Shown here in pieces: positions 48,679-57,518 of a stretch of 64,000 nucleotides of DNA. Below the pieces are notes generated by a model. That model had not been told where the DNA came from. It searched no databases and saw only the letters and a list, made by a program, of their open reading frames with translations. The stretch is taken from contig JAWODC010000009.1 of the NCBI GenBank assembly GCA_046483495.1, forward strand, positions 32,001 to 96,000, read 5' to 3'. How positions within the stretch are numbered: position 1 is the stretch's first letter; every line of letters begins with the position of its first letter. The position numbers were made by a program, and so were the translations under genes. This stretch comes from Desulfobacterales bacterium (GTDB taxonomy: Bacteria; Desulfobacterota; Desulfobacteria; Desulfobacterales; UBA5616).

Positions 48679-50670
48679 ATGAAAAAAACGTACTTTAAAC
48701 CAGCAGTTTGCGTCCTATTCGTAACACTTGTGACAGGTTTTTGGACTTTGCCGCTTCCCGCTTCGAGTGCCGGCCCGCTCGATGTGATGGTGAAAATCGG
48801 GAAACTCGACGAGAAACTTGCGCTGATCAACAGTCTGGTGCCGCCGAACCCCGATTCTCCTCTGAAATCCCCCGGGTTTTTGGCCGGATCCATGCTCCAG
48901 GGCACCCAATGGATCGATTCGGACCGGCTGATCGTGATCGGTGCCATCATGGCGGATCCAACACCGGAAATGGCGATTTTCATTCCTTACAATGAACCCA
49001 ACCCGAATTTTCAGGCCGCCTATAATGCCGCGATTGTCGAAAACGGATACCTGATTTCCCTTCCGCCGGGGAGCAGACCGGAAGGGGCGTCGGAGGGAAT
49101 GCAGCATGCCCTGACAGCGGCTTCGAAGAACCCATACCATCATTTTTTGTCCTTTGAATTAGCTGTTGAATCCATCCTGTCCAAATCCGAAGCCAAGATT
49201 CGGGAATCCATCGCCGGGATCGATGAAAAGGGGCCCACTACTGTCCCAAACCGCCCGAACCAGATGTCATCGCATCATCTAAAGGAAATGATGAACCAAC
49301 TGATGGATGTCGGGCGGCAGGTTGCATCGATTTCACAGGGCATCGATATCGACGACGAAGTGATTCGGTTTTCTTTTGATGCCGAAGCTGTTGACAACAG
49401 CGAACTGGGTGCACTTTTCGTTCGAAAAGATCGATTGACGCTGCTGAACGGGTATGAACCGGACGAGCAGATCAGCTTCAGGTCGGGACGGTATGATTTA
49501 CGGGGAATGATCGGCCTCCTGGAAAAAGTGTTTGGAACCTTTTATGCCGAAATGGGCATCGATCTCGCAGCACTTACCGGGATTATGGAACACTTTACGG
49601 GAGAATCTGCCGGCGGCATGAGCCTTTCGGGAAACCGCGTGCAATTGGAAATGGTCGGCGTACTGATACCCGAAACCAACGCACATTTCATAAAAGAAAT
49701 ATACCTGCCGTGGCTCGAAGCGTATATCCAATCCATCACGAAGGCCTTGGAAACGCAGGGGGGAACGAATACTGTCGTTCGATTCGAGACAACCCCCGAA
49801 AGCAACGTGGCCGGGAGGACCGTGTACGGCGTCAGGATGGCCGTTCCGCTGCCGGCCGGCGGTTTTCAGAATGTGTCCGAAGCGTCGCCCGGACCTGAGG
49901 TGGTCTACAACATGCGGCTGGCACAAGAAGGAGAATGTTTTATCATCGCGCCGGATGATGACCGCATGGCCGAACTGCTTCTCGCTGTACCCGAATTCAA
50001 AGAGACCGTGGATACGGGGCCTCTGTTTACGATGAAAATGGATTGGGTGGGCTACCTCAACGCCGTTCGAAGCAGTGCAGGGGAGGGGGAAAAGCAGAAC
50101 ATCCTGCCGGAAACCGGCAAAATGACGCTTTCGGCGGAACTGGATGACGGACGGTTGGGTGCCGAGTCCGCTGTCCTGTTGAGCGATATTCGAACCTTTG
50201 TCGAAATGTTCAAAAAATCGGCTGCATCACCCCCGCTGAAGAAAGCCGCAGCTTCGGTTTCCATACGGCCGAAAGAATCGATTCCGGATGAAAAAACGGA
50301 AACCATCATGAAGGACGCCGACTATTGGACGGACCGCGGTGTATTGAGTGCCGTATATGGAAACGATAAGGCGGCTGTGAAGTTCTTCGAAAAGGCGATT
50401 TCACTTGACCCCGGCAAAAGCAATGCCCATTTTCATAAAGCAATGGCGTTGGCGGGGCTGGGCGACATGGATAAGGCGCTCGAAGCCGTCGAACGGGCGA
50501 TTGGGCATAACGGCCGAAATGCAACGTATGTTTACGGCAGAGGGCGGATTTATCTTTTGGACGGGCAAACCGAAAAAGCGCTCTCGGATTTCAAGCGTGC
50601 CGCCGAGATGGGCAATCAAGATGCGAAGCATTATATCAGCGGCCTGTGTACACCGCCTTCCGCCGAATAG
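48679..50670 (+). CDS. Exported protein with C-terminal TPR repeats
   Basis: Signal peptide; about 3 TPRs (A..FFEKAISLDP, ALEAVERAI, ALSDFKRAAEMG); GAGGTG SD. Confidence 0.8.
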   Translation: MKKTYFKPAVCVLFVTLVTGFWTLPLPASSAGPLDVMVKIGKLDEKLALINSLVPPNPDSPLKSPGFLAGSMLQGTQWIDSDRLIVIGAIMADPTPEMAIFIPYNEPNPNFQAAYNAAIVENGYLISLPPGSRPEGASEGMQHALTAASKNPYHHFLSFELAVESILSKSEAKIRESIAGIDEKGPTTVPNRPNQMSSHHLKEMMNQLMDVGRQVASISQGIDIDDEVIRFSFDAEAVDNSELGALFVRKDRLTLLNGYEPDEQISFRSGRYDLRGMIGLLEKVFGTFYAEMGIDLAALTGIMEHFTGESAGGMSLSGNRVQLEMVGVLIPETNAHFIKEIYLPWLEAYIQSITKALETQGGTNTVVRFETTPESNVAGRTVYGVRMAVPLPAGGFQNVSEASPGPEVVYNMRLAQEGECFIIAPDDDRMAELLLAVPEFKETVDTGPLFTMKMDWVGYLNAVRSSAGEGEKQNILPETGKMTLSAELDDGRLGAESAVLLSDIRTFVEMFKKSAASPPLKKAAASVSIRPKESIPDEKTETIMKDADYWTDRGVLSAVYGNDKAAVKFFEKAISLDPGKSNAHFHKAMALAGLGDMDKALEAVERAIGHNGRNATYVYGRGRIYLLDGQTEKALSDFKRAAEMGNQDAKHYISGLCTPPSAE

Positions 50671-50731
50671 CGGATTTTTCAGGCGAACGGAATACATTGA
50701 ACTTGCTTTGAATATACGGGAAAAATAAGCG

Positions 50732-51652
50732 ATGAGCAGACCCGACCTAACGGTTCGTATCGGGAAAATGACGTTAAAAAATCCCGTAATGACGGCCTCG
50801 GGGACATTCGGATACGGCAGGGAATTTGCGTCTCTTGTCGATTTGAACCGATTGGGTGCCATTATCGTCAAGGGGTTGTCGCTTGAACCTTCACATGGAA
50901 ATCCGCCGCCGCGAATCGTCGAAACCGCATGCGGGATGCTCAATGCCATCGGTCTCGAGAATATCGGAATTCAACGCTTCGAAGAGGAAAAGCTGCCGTA
51001 TTTAAAAACAATTTCCACTCCGATGATTACCAATATCTACGGCCGGACAGTTGCCGAATATGCTGATCTTGCGGGCCGCATCGACAAAATCGACGGCATT
51101 TCCGGCATCGAAGTCAATATTTCCTGCCCCAATGTCGCTGCCGGCGGCGTGGCATTCGGCATCGACGGATGCGCCGCCCAGGACCTGGTCCGTGCCGTTC
51201 GGCGACAAACCGGCAAGACCGTTATCGTAAAGCTCAGCCCCAATGTAACGGACATCGTGGACATTGCCTTAAGGGTCGAGGACGCCGGGGCGGATGCACT
51301 GTCCGTAATCAACACCATCACGGGAATGGCGGTGGATGTTGAAAGCCGGCGCCCCAAACTGGCTAATGTCACCGGCGGATTGTCCGGACCCGCGATAAAG
51401 CCCGTTGCGCTGCGAATGGTGTGGCAGACCGCAGCACGCGTTTCCATCCCGGTGATCGGGGTCGGCGGCATTTGTACGGCTGAGGACGCCCTTGAATTTT
51501 TGATCGCCGGTGCTTCAGCTGTTCAGGTCGGCACGGCAAATTTCATCAATCCTGCGGCCACTATGGAAATGATTGACGGCATAACGCACTATCTTGTAAA
51601 AAGAGGTATGACCGATATCACAAGCATTATAGGGTCGTTGATCATCGAGTAA
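50732..51652 (+). CDS. pyrD: Dihydroorotate dehydrogenase family 1B catalytic subunit
   Basis: NPVMTASGTFG, MLNAIGLEN, EVNISCPNV, VKLSPNVTD, INT, GGLSGPAIKP. Confidence 0.96.
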   Translation: MSRPDLTVRIGKMTLKNPVMTASGTFGYGREFASLVDLNRLGAIIVKGLSLEPSHGNPPPRIVETACGMLNAIGLENIGIQRFEEEKLPYLKTISTPMITNIYGRTVAEYADLAGRIDKIDGISGIEVNISCPNVAAGGVAFGIDGCAAQDLVRAVRRQTGKTVIVKLSPNVTDIVDIALRVEDAGADALSVINTITGMAVDVESRRPKLANVTGGLSGPAIKPVALRMVWQTAARVSIPVIGVGGICTAEDALEFLIAGASAVQVGTANFINPAATMEMIDGITHYLVKRGMTDITSIIGSLIIE

Positions 51653-51662
51653 GACGCTTGCT

Positions 51663-51810
51663 TAGAAGTGGTTTCAAAACCTTCAATCAGGTCAAAGATC
51701 AAGGCGGGAGGAAGGATTAAAGCGCAGGAATACATTACGTATTTTGAGCATTGAATCCTTCATCCCAACGCCGATATTGGGCCTGAGGGGAGGTTTTGAA
51801 ACCACTTCTA
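51663..51810. mobile_element. 148 bp MITE-like palindromic element
   Basis: Perfect 20 bp TIR TAGAAGTGGTTTCAAAACCT / AGGTTTTGAAACCACTTCTA, with TA at both ends. The right end is also present at 6571-6602. Confidence 0.8.
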
Positions 51811-51847
51811 TCCATTTGCAACTGCCGACGACGGACAAGGAGGACAG

Positions 51848-52315
51848 ATGACATTTAACAGCCTTGAAGACATCATTGATTTTGCCATTGAAAAAGAACA
51901 GGAGGCCGCGCAGTTTTACCGAATGGTAAGTGAGGAGGAATCGATGGCCGGGTCGAAACAAATGCTGCTGGAGTTTGCCGAAGAAGAAAAAAAGCACCGG
52001 GCCTTACTTGAAAATGTAAAGAAAAAAGGCGTCGCAAAAAGCCTTCCCGAGTATACGTACAAATGGATTACCGATATAAAGCGCAGCGACTATCTCGTGG
52101 ATATGGATTACCACAAGGGAATGGCCTACAATGAGATTCTGATCCTCGCCATGAAACGGGAGGAAAACTCGCTCAAACTGTACAACAGCTTCCTGGACAA
52201 TGCCCAAACCGAAGACGAAAAAGCGCTTTTCAAGATGCTGTGCCAGGAAGAAGCCAAGCACAAGCTGTTCATCGAAACATTGTATGACGACTACATGGCC
52301 AAAATGGGTGATTAG
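51848..52315 (+). CDS. Ferritin-like (rubrerythrin-type) diiron protein without rubredoxin domain
   Basis: Two repeats of A..E...FY/LY...EE.KH. Confidence 0.9.
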   Translation: MTFNSLEDIIDFAIEKEQEAAQFYRMVSEEESMAGSKQMLLEFAEEEKKHRALLENVKKKGVAKSLPEYTYKWITDIKRSDYLVDMDYHKGMAYNEILILAMKREENSLKLYNSFLDNAQTEDEKALFKMLCQEEAKHKLFIETLYDDYMAKMGD

Positions 52316-52406
52316 CGGCGTTCGTGATGTTCTGAGCGGATCATCGTGCGAAGGAAAACAGGAGAGAAGCCTCACGAAAGACCTGATGGGGAAGCATGGA
52401 TATAAA

Positions 52407-52432
52407 GCCCCTCCCCCGGCGAGGGGAGGGGC
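52407..52432 (-). terminator. Hairpin after leuA
   Basis: GCCCCTCCCC / GGGGAGGGGC 10 bp stem followed on the minus strand by TTTATA. Confidence 0.65.
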
Positions 52433-52444
52433 GGCATACGCGGT

Positions 52445-53977
52445 TTACTGCTCCAGGGTGATCGGGTGGATTTTGAGATACTCCAGACGGTTAAGCCCGT
52501 TGATATAAGCCTTGGCGCTGGCCGTGATGATGTCGGGGTCGGCGCCCCTGCCCAGCGCAATCAGGCCGTTTTCCCTGAGGCGCACCGTTACTTCCCCCTG
52601 TGCATCCGTACCGCCCGTCAATGCGCTGATGGTGAATCGCAATAGTTCCGAATGGGTCCCCGCAAGCGTCGAAATCGTATTATATGCGGCGTCTATGGGA
52701 CCGTTGCCGTAGCCTGCGCCTTTGACCGGCCTGCCGTTAATGTTCAGAACTACGCTTGCCATCGGCATGACGGTCGTTCCGCTGCTGACGTGCAGGTATT
52801 CCAGATTGAATGTTTCCGCTGTTCGAAGCACACCTTCCTGGACGAGCGCCTCTAAGTCTTCATCCAGTACATGCTTCTTTTTATCGGCCAGGTCTTTGAA
52901 TTTTTTGAATACGGTATTCAGTTCGCCCGGCGACAGATCGTATCCCATTTCCTTTAAATGGTCGTGCAATGCATGCCGGCCCGAATGCTTTCCCAGTACG
53001 AGCTTGTTGGCGCTCAGCCCGACGGTCTCCGGCTTCATGATTTCATAGGTCATCGGGTTGACCAGGACGCCGTGCTGGTGAATGCCGGCTTCATGGGCGA
53101 AGGCATTGGCGCCCACGATGGCCTTGTTGGGCTGTACCATCATGCCGGTAATGGTGCTGACGAGTCGGCTTGTCGGATAGATGTATTCCGTCTTGATTCC
53201 GGTCGTAAATGGAAAGAAGTTCGGCCGGGTGTGAAGGGCCATGACCACCTCTTCCAGTGAGGTGTTTCCCGCCCGTTCGCCGATGCCGTTGATGCAGACC
53301 TCCGCCTGCCTGGCGCCGGCTTCGATGGCCGCCAGCGTATTGGCCGTAGCGAGGCCCAGGTCATTGTGGCAGTGGATGCTGAGGATTACCTTGTGCATGT
53401 TGGGGGTGCGGCTTCTGACATATCGCACTAATTCGGCGAATTCACCGGGAATGGCATATCCGACCGTATCCGGCAGGTTGATGGTGGTTGCGCCTGCTTC
53501 AATGGCTGCTTCGAATACCTTGCACATAAAATCCCGGTCGCTTCGGGAGCCGTCTTCAGCGGAAAACTCGATGTCGTCCGTGAACGACTTGGCATAGGAA
53601 ACGGCATTCACCGTTGCCGCCAGCACCTGCTCCCGTGACATCTTCAATTTTTCCGCCATATGAAGATCAGAGGTGGCGATGAAAATGTGAATGCGTTTGT
53701 GGGGGGCGTGTTTCACCGCATTCCAGGCCAGATCAATGTCCTTTTTATCCGTTCTGGACAGTCCGGCTATCGTGATGTGCTTCAGTTTTTTGGCGATTTC
53801 GGAAACCGCTTCGAAATCGCCGTCCGATGCCGCCGGGAAGCCGGTCTCGATCACATCCACCCCCAGCTTTTCCATTTGGGTCGCCAGGCGCAGTTTTTCC
53901 GCCGTATTCATGCTTGCGCCGGGCGACTGCTCCCCGTCCCGGAGTGTGGTATCGAAAATAATGACGTTTTCACTCAT
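52445..53977 (-). CDS. leuA: 2-isopropylmalate synthase
   Basis: FDTTLRDGEQSPG, HCHNDLG, GIGERAGN, HEAGIHQ, GNGPIDA. Confidence 0.96.
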   Translation of the reverse strand: MSENVIIFDTTLRDGEQSPGASMNTAEKLRLATQMEKLGVDVIETGFPAASDGDFEAVSEIAKKLKHITIAGLSRTDKKDIDLAWNAVKHAPHKRIHIFIATSDLHMAEKLKMSREQVLAATVNAVSYAKSFTDDIEFSAEDGSRSDRDFMCKVFEAAIEAGATTINLPDTVGYAIPGEFAELVRYVRSRTPNMHKVILSIHCHNDLGLATANTLAAIEAGARQAEVCINGIGERAGNTSLEEVVMALHTRPNFFPFTTGIKTEYIYPTSRLVSTITGMMVQPNKAIVGANAFAHEAGIHQHGVLVNPMTYEIMKPETVGLSANKLVLGKHSGRHALHDHLKEMGYDLSPGELNTVFKKFKDLADKKKHVLDEDLEALVQEGVLRTAETFNLEYLHVSSGTTVMPMASVVLNINGRPVKGAGYGNGPIDAAYNTISTLAGTHSELLRFTISALTGGTDAQGEVTVRLRENGLIALGRGADPDIITASAKAYINGLNRLEYLKIHPITLEQ

Positions 53978-54221
53978 TGGTGTTCTCCCTGTTGACGTTT
54001 TAAGATTCGTTCGTATTTCAACGGTTCATGTGAGAGAAAACATCCCTGAAGCATTGGCCGCGGGATTTCGATATGGTGTAATCCCGCGGCGTTTTTCCTC
54101 CAATTGGGTTTCATAAAATAAGTCCTTTCAAATAAGCCGCTTTTATATCAAAAACGCGGTATTATTCAAGGCAAAAATCCTTCCGTACGGCATCGGGCCG
54201 GCGCTCTCGTAAAGCGCCGGC

Positions 54222-55826
54222 TCACAATGAAGCATCCTGTTCGCGCGAGGAGGCGCTCAGCTTGCAGTGAAAGCTGTCCGCTAAGGCCTGCCAGCTTGCT
54301 TCGATGATGTCTTCGGATACTCCGACAGTCGTCCAGATGCCGTCGGGATCCCGTGATTCAATCAGTACCCGCACCTTGGCCGATGTTCCTTTTTCCCCGT
54401 CCATGACACGGACTTTAAAGTCGACAAGTCCCATTTCCTCCAGGTTCGGGAAAAATTTGTCCAGAGCCTTTCGAAGGGCGTTGTCGAGGGCGCTGACCGG
54501 ACCCTGGCCTTCGGCGGCGGTAATTTCCGTCTGCCCGTCCACGGAAATTTTAATCGTCGCATGCGATCGGCAGTGCCTGTCTTTATCTTTTTCGATCGAC
54601 ACACGAAACGATTCCAATTCGAATTTCGGGTCGAACCGGTCGGTGAATTTTTCCATCAGAATCTTGAATGAACCATCGGCGATATCGAATTGATACCCTT
54701 CCTGCTCCATTCGCTTTATCTCGGAGACGATTTTCCGGCTGTCGAAACCGGTTTTCCCCGGATAAATGCCGAGTTCTTTGGCCTTGTATTCGATATTGCT
54801 TTTGCCGGACAGGTCCGAAATCAGCACACGGCGCTTGTTTCCCACCAGCTCCGGATCGATATGCTCGTAGGCTGCCGGGGTTTTCATGATCGCGCTGACA
54901 TGTACGCCGCCTTTATGGGTAAACGCGCTCTTTCCAACAAACGGGCGACCGCCGACAGGCGCCATGTTCGCCGTTTCGCTGACAAACCGGGACAGCTGCC
55001 GAATTTTTTTCAGCTGCTCCGGAGAAATGCAGGGCCGGTTCATTTTAAGGCAAAGGACAGGAATGATGGCCGTTAAATCCGCGTTGCCGCATCGTTCGCC
55101 GTAGCCGTTGATCGTCCCCTGGACCATTTCGGCACCGGCTTCTACGGCGGCAATCGTGTTGGCCACCCCCAGACCGCAGTCGTTATGGGCGTGAATGCCG
55201 ATCGTTATCGGGCGTCCGGCCGCGTGGGCTTCTGCGGTTTCTTGCACATCCGCGATGATGTTTTCCACTTCCTTGGGCAGAGATCCCCCGTTGGTATCGC
55301 AGAGGACAACGGTGTCACTGCCGCCGTCGATGGCTGCGAGCACCGTTTTCAATGCATAATCCCTGTCGGCCTTGTATCCGTCGAAGAAATGCTCCGCATC
55401 GTAAATCACCGTACGGCCTTGGGATGTGAGGTGAGAAACGGAATCCCGAATCATGAGCAGATTTTCTTCCAAAGGTATGCGCATGATATCCCGCACGTGA
55501 AAATTCCAGCTTTTGCCGAAGATGGTGACCGTCCGCGTTTCACCGTCCAAGAGCGCGTTCAAATTAGGATCCTGATCCGGAGGTGTGTGGGGCTTTCTTG
55601 TGGAACCGAACGCCGTGATGCGGGAATTTTCAAAGGGGGTATGGCGAATGAGTTCAAAAAACCGCCGGTCCCTCGGATTGGATCCCGGCCATCCGCCCTC
55701 GATGAAATGTATTCCGATACCGTCAAGACGCCTGGCGATTTTGATCTTTTCCTCAGCCGTGAAGTTGATATTTTCACCCTGGGTGCCGTCCCTCAAGGTG
55801 GTGTCATATAATTGTATCGGTTTCAT
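54222..55826 (-). CDS. cimA: Citramalate synthase
   Basis: YDTTLRDGTQGE, EGGWPGSNP, DAEHFFDG, LCDTNGG, HKGGVHVSA, WTTVGVSEDIIEASW. Confidence 0.92.
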   Translation of the reverse strand: MKPIQLYDTTLRDGTQGENINFTAEEKIKIARRLDGIGIHFIEGGWPGSNPRDRRFFELIRHTPFENSRITAFGSTRKPHTPPDQDPNLNALLDGETRTVTIFGKSWNFHVRDIMRIPLEENLLMIRDSVSHLTSQGRTVIYDAEHFFDGYKADRDYALKTVLAAIDGGSDTVVLCDTNGGSLPKEVENIIADVQETAEAHAAGRPITIGIHAHNDCGLGVANTIAAVEAGAEMVQGTINGYGERCGNADLTAIIPVLCLKMNRPCISPEQLKKIRQLSRFVSETANMAPVGGRPFVGKSAFTHKGGVHVSAIMKTPAAYEHIDPELVGNKRRVLISDLSGKSNIEYKAKELGIYPGKTGFDSRKIVSEIKRMEQEGYQFDIADGSFKILMEKFTDRFDPKFELESFRVSIEKDKDRHCRSHATIKISVDGQTEITAAEGQGPVSALDNALRKALDKFFPNLEEMGLVDFKVRVMDGEKGTSAKVRVLIESRDPDGIWTTVGVSEDIIEASWQALADSFHCKLSASSREQDASL

Positions 55827-55876
55827 TTCAAACTCCCGGTTCCTTTACAGAGGCTGCGGATTTTCCAACCTCTGTT

Positions 55877-56929
55877 TCATTTTTTTCGGTTTTCGGGACG
55901 CAGGGCCCGAACGGCGGCGCCGGCTTGCCACATTTCCGAATTTCGAATGGCCTCGAGCTCTTTGTTGAGCTTTTCGAGATAATCCGGTGCACTGTTCGCC
56001 GCCAGAACCCGCTGGGTTTCCTTTCCGGAAACCACGCGGTCATAGAGTTCATCGAATACGGGCGCCACCGCGTCCCGGAATTTCGGCGCCCAGTCCAGTG
56101 CGCCACGCTGTGCGGTTGTGCTGCAGTTGGCAAACATCCAGTCCATCCCGTTTTCCGCAACGAGGCGTATCAGGCTTTGGGTGAGCTCTTCAACCGTTTC
56201 GTTAAAGGCCTCACTCGGGGAGTGGCCGTGCCTGCGGAGCAAACGGTACTGGGCTTCCATGACGCCGGCAAGACACCCCATGAGTACGCCGCGTTCACCC
56301 GTCAAATCACTGTAGACTTCTTTTTCGAACGTGGTGGGAAACAGGTATCCGGATCCGATGGCGATGCCGATGGCAAGCGTCCGCTCATCGGCGCGGCCCG
56401 TATAATCCTGGAAAACGGCATAACTGGAGTTGATGCCGCTGCCGTCTAAAAAATTTCGCCGCACGTTCGTTCCGGAACCCTTTGGCGCAACCAGAATTAC
56501 ATCGACATGATCCGGTGGGATTACTCCGGTTTGGTCCTTGTAAACGATGGAAAAACCGTGGGAAAAGTACAAGGCGTCCCCCGGGTTCAGGCATTCCTTC
56601 ACCATCGGCCACGTGGCCACCTGTCCGGCGTCCGACAGCAGTTCCTGGACAATGGTTCCCCGCCGGGCGGCTTCCTTTATCGGATAAAGGGTTTCGCCGG
56701 GGACAAAACCGTCTGCAACGGCTTTCTTCCAGTAGGCATCCCCTTCGATTTGGCCGATAATGGGGGAAAACCCGTTGTCCCGCAAATTCAGTGCCTGTGC
56801 GGGACCCTGAACACCATAGCCCAGTATGGCGATGGTTTCGTCTTTGAGGATTTCCTTTGCCCTGTCCAAGGGAAATTCCTCCAGTGTAATTACGTCTTCC
56901 ATAATCCCGCCGAAATCGATTTTTGCCAT
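55877..56929 (-). CDS. ilvC: Ketol-acid reductoisomerase (Bacteroidota/fungal Ilv5-like type)
   Basis: GYGVQG, FSHGF, VAPKGSG, TTFEKEVYSDLTGERG, CSTTAQRGALDW. Confidence 0.95.
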   Translation of the reverse strand: MAKIDFGGIMEDVITLEEFPLDRAKEILKDETIAILGYGVQGPAQALNLRDNGFSPIIGQIEGDAYWKKAVADGFVPGETLYPIKEAARRGTIVQELLSDAGQVATWPMVKECLNPGDALYFSHGFSIVYKDQTGVIPPDHVDVILVAPKGSGTNVRRNFLDGSGINSSYAVFQDYTGRADERTLAIGIAIGSGYLFPTTFEKEVYSDLTGERGVLMGCLAGVMEAQYRLLRRHGHSPSEAFNETVEELTQSLIRLVAENGMDWMFANCSTTAQRGALDWAPKFRDAVAPVFDELYDRVVSGKETQRVLAANSAPDYLEKLNKELEAIRNSEMWQAGAAVRALRPENRKK

Positions 56930-57012
56930 GTCAATCTCCTTTTTTATGGATTGCGGTGTGTTTTTGTTAATTCAGCCCCGCAGTTAACCTTCTTGGGCTG
57001 TGGTTTTGCCGG

Positions 57013-57501
57013 TCACTTCGTTTCCCTGAACAGCGCGACAACCCCGGTTTTTACGATTTCCTTTATGCCGATGGGGTTGAGAAGGTTCAACAGAGCCATC
57101 AGTTTTCCGGAACTGCCGGTGACTTCCAGCGTATAGTGGCTCAATCCCACATCCACGATCTTGCATCGAAAAATATCCACAATTCTCAGGATTTCCGCCC
57201 GGTTTTCCGGCAGCGCCTTCACTTTGATAAGGGCCATTTCGCGCTCCACAAAATCGCTGCCCGTCAATTCATACACCTTGATGACATTGATGAGTTTGTT
57301 CAACTGTTTTTTGATTTGCTCAACGACCGGCATATCGGCCGAGGTGACAACCGTTATCCTGGAAATTTTCGGATCCGTGGTTTCCGCAACGCTGAGGCTG
57401 TCGATGTTGTACCCGCGGCCGCTGAACAGACCCGAAATCCTGGAAAGAACACCGGGTTCGTTGTCTACGAGAATCGACAGCACGTGCCGTTCGTTTTTCA
57501 T
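57013..57501 (-). CDS. ilvN: Acetolactate synthase small subunit
   Basis: LVDNEPGVLSRISGLFSGRGYNIDSL, QLNKLI, EREMALIKV. Confidence 0.96.
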   Translation of the reverse strand: MKNERHVLSILVDNEPGVLSRISGLFSGRGYNIDSLSVAETTDPKISRITVVTSADMPVVEQIKKQLNKLINVIKVYELTGSDFVEREMALIKVKALPENRAEILRIVDIFRCKIVDVGLSHYTLEVTGSSGKLMALLNLLNPIGIKEIVKTGVVALFRETK

Positions 57502-57518
57502 GTCGGAATCTCCTTGTG

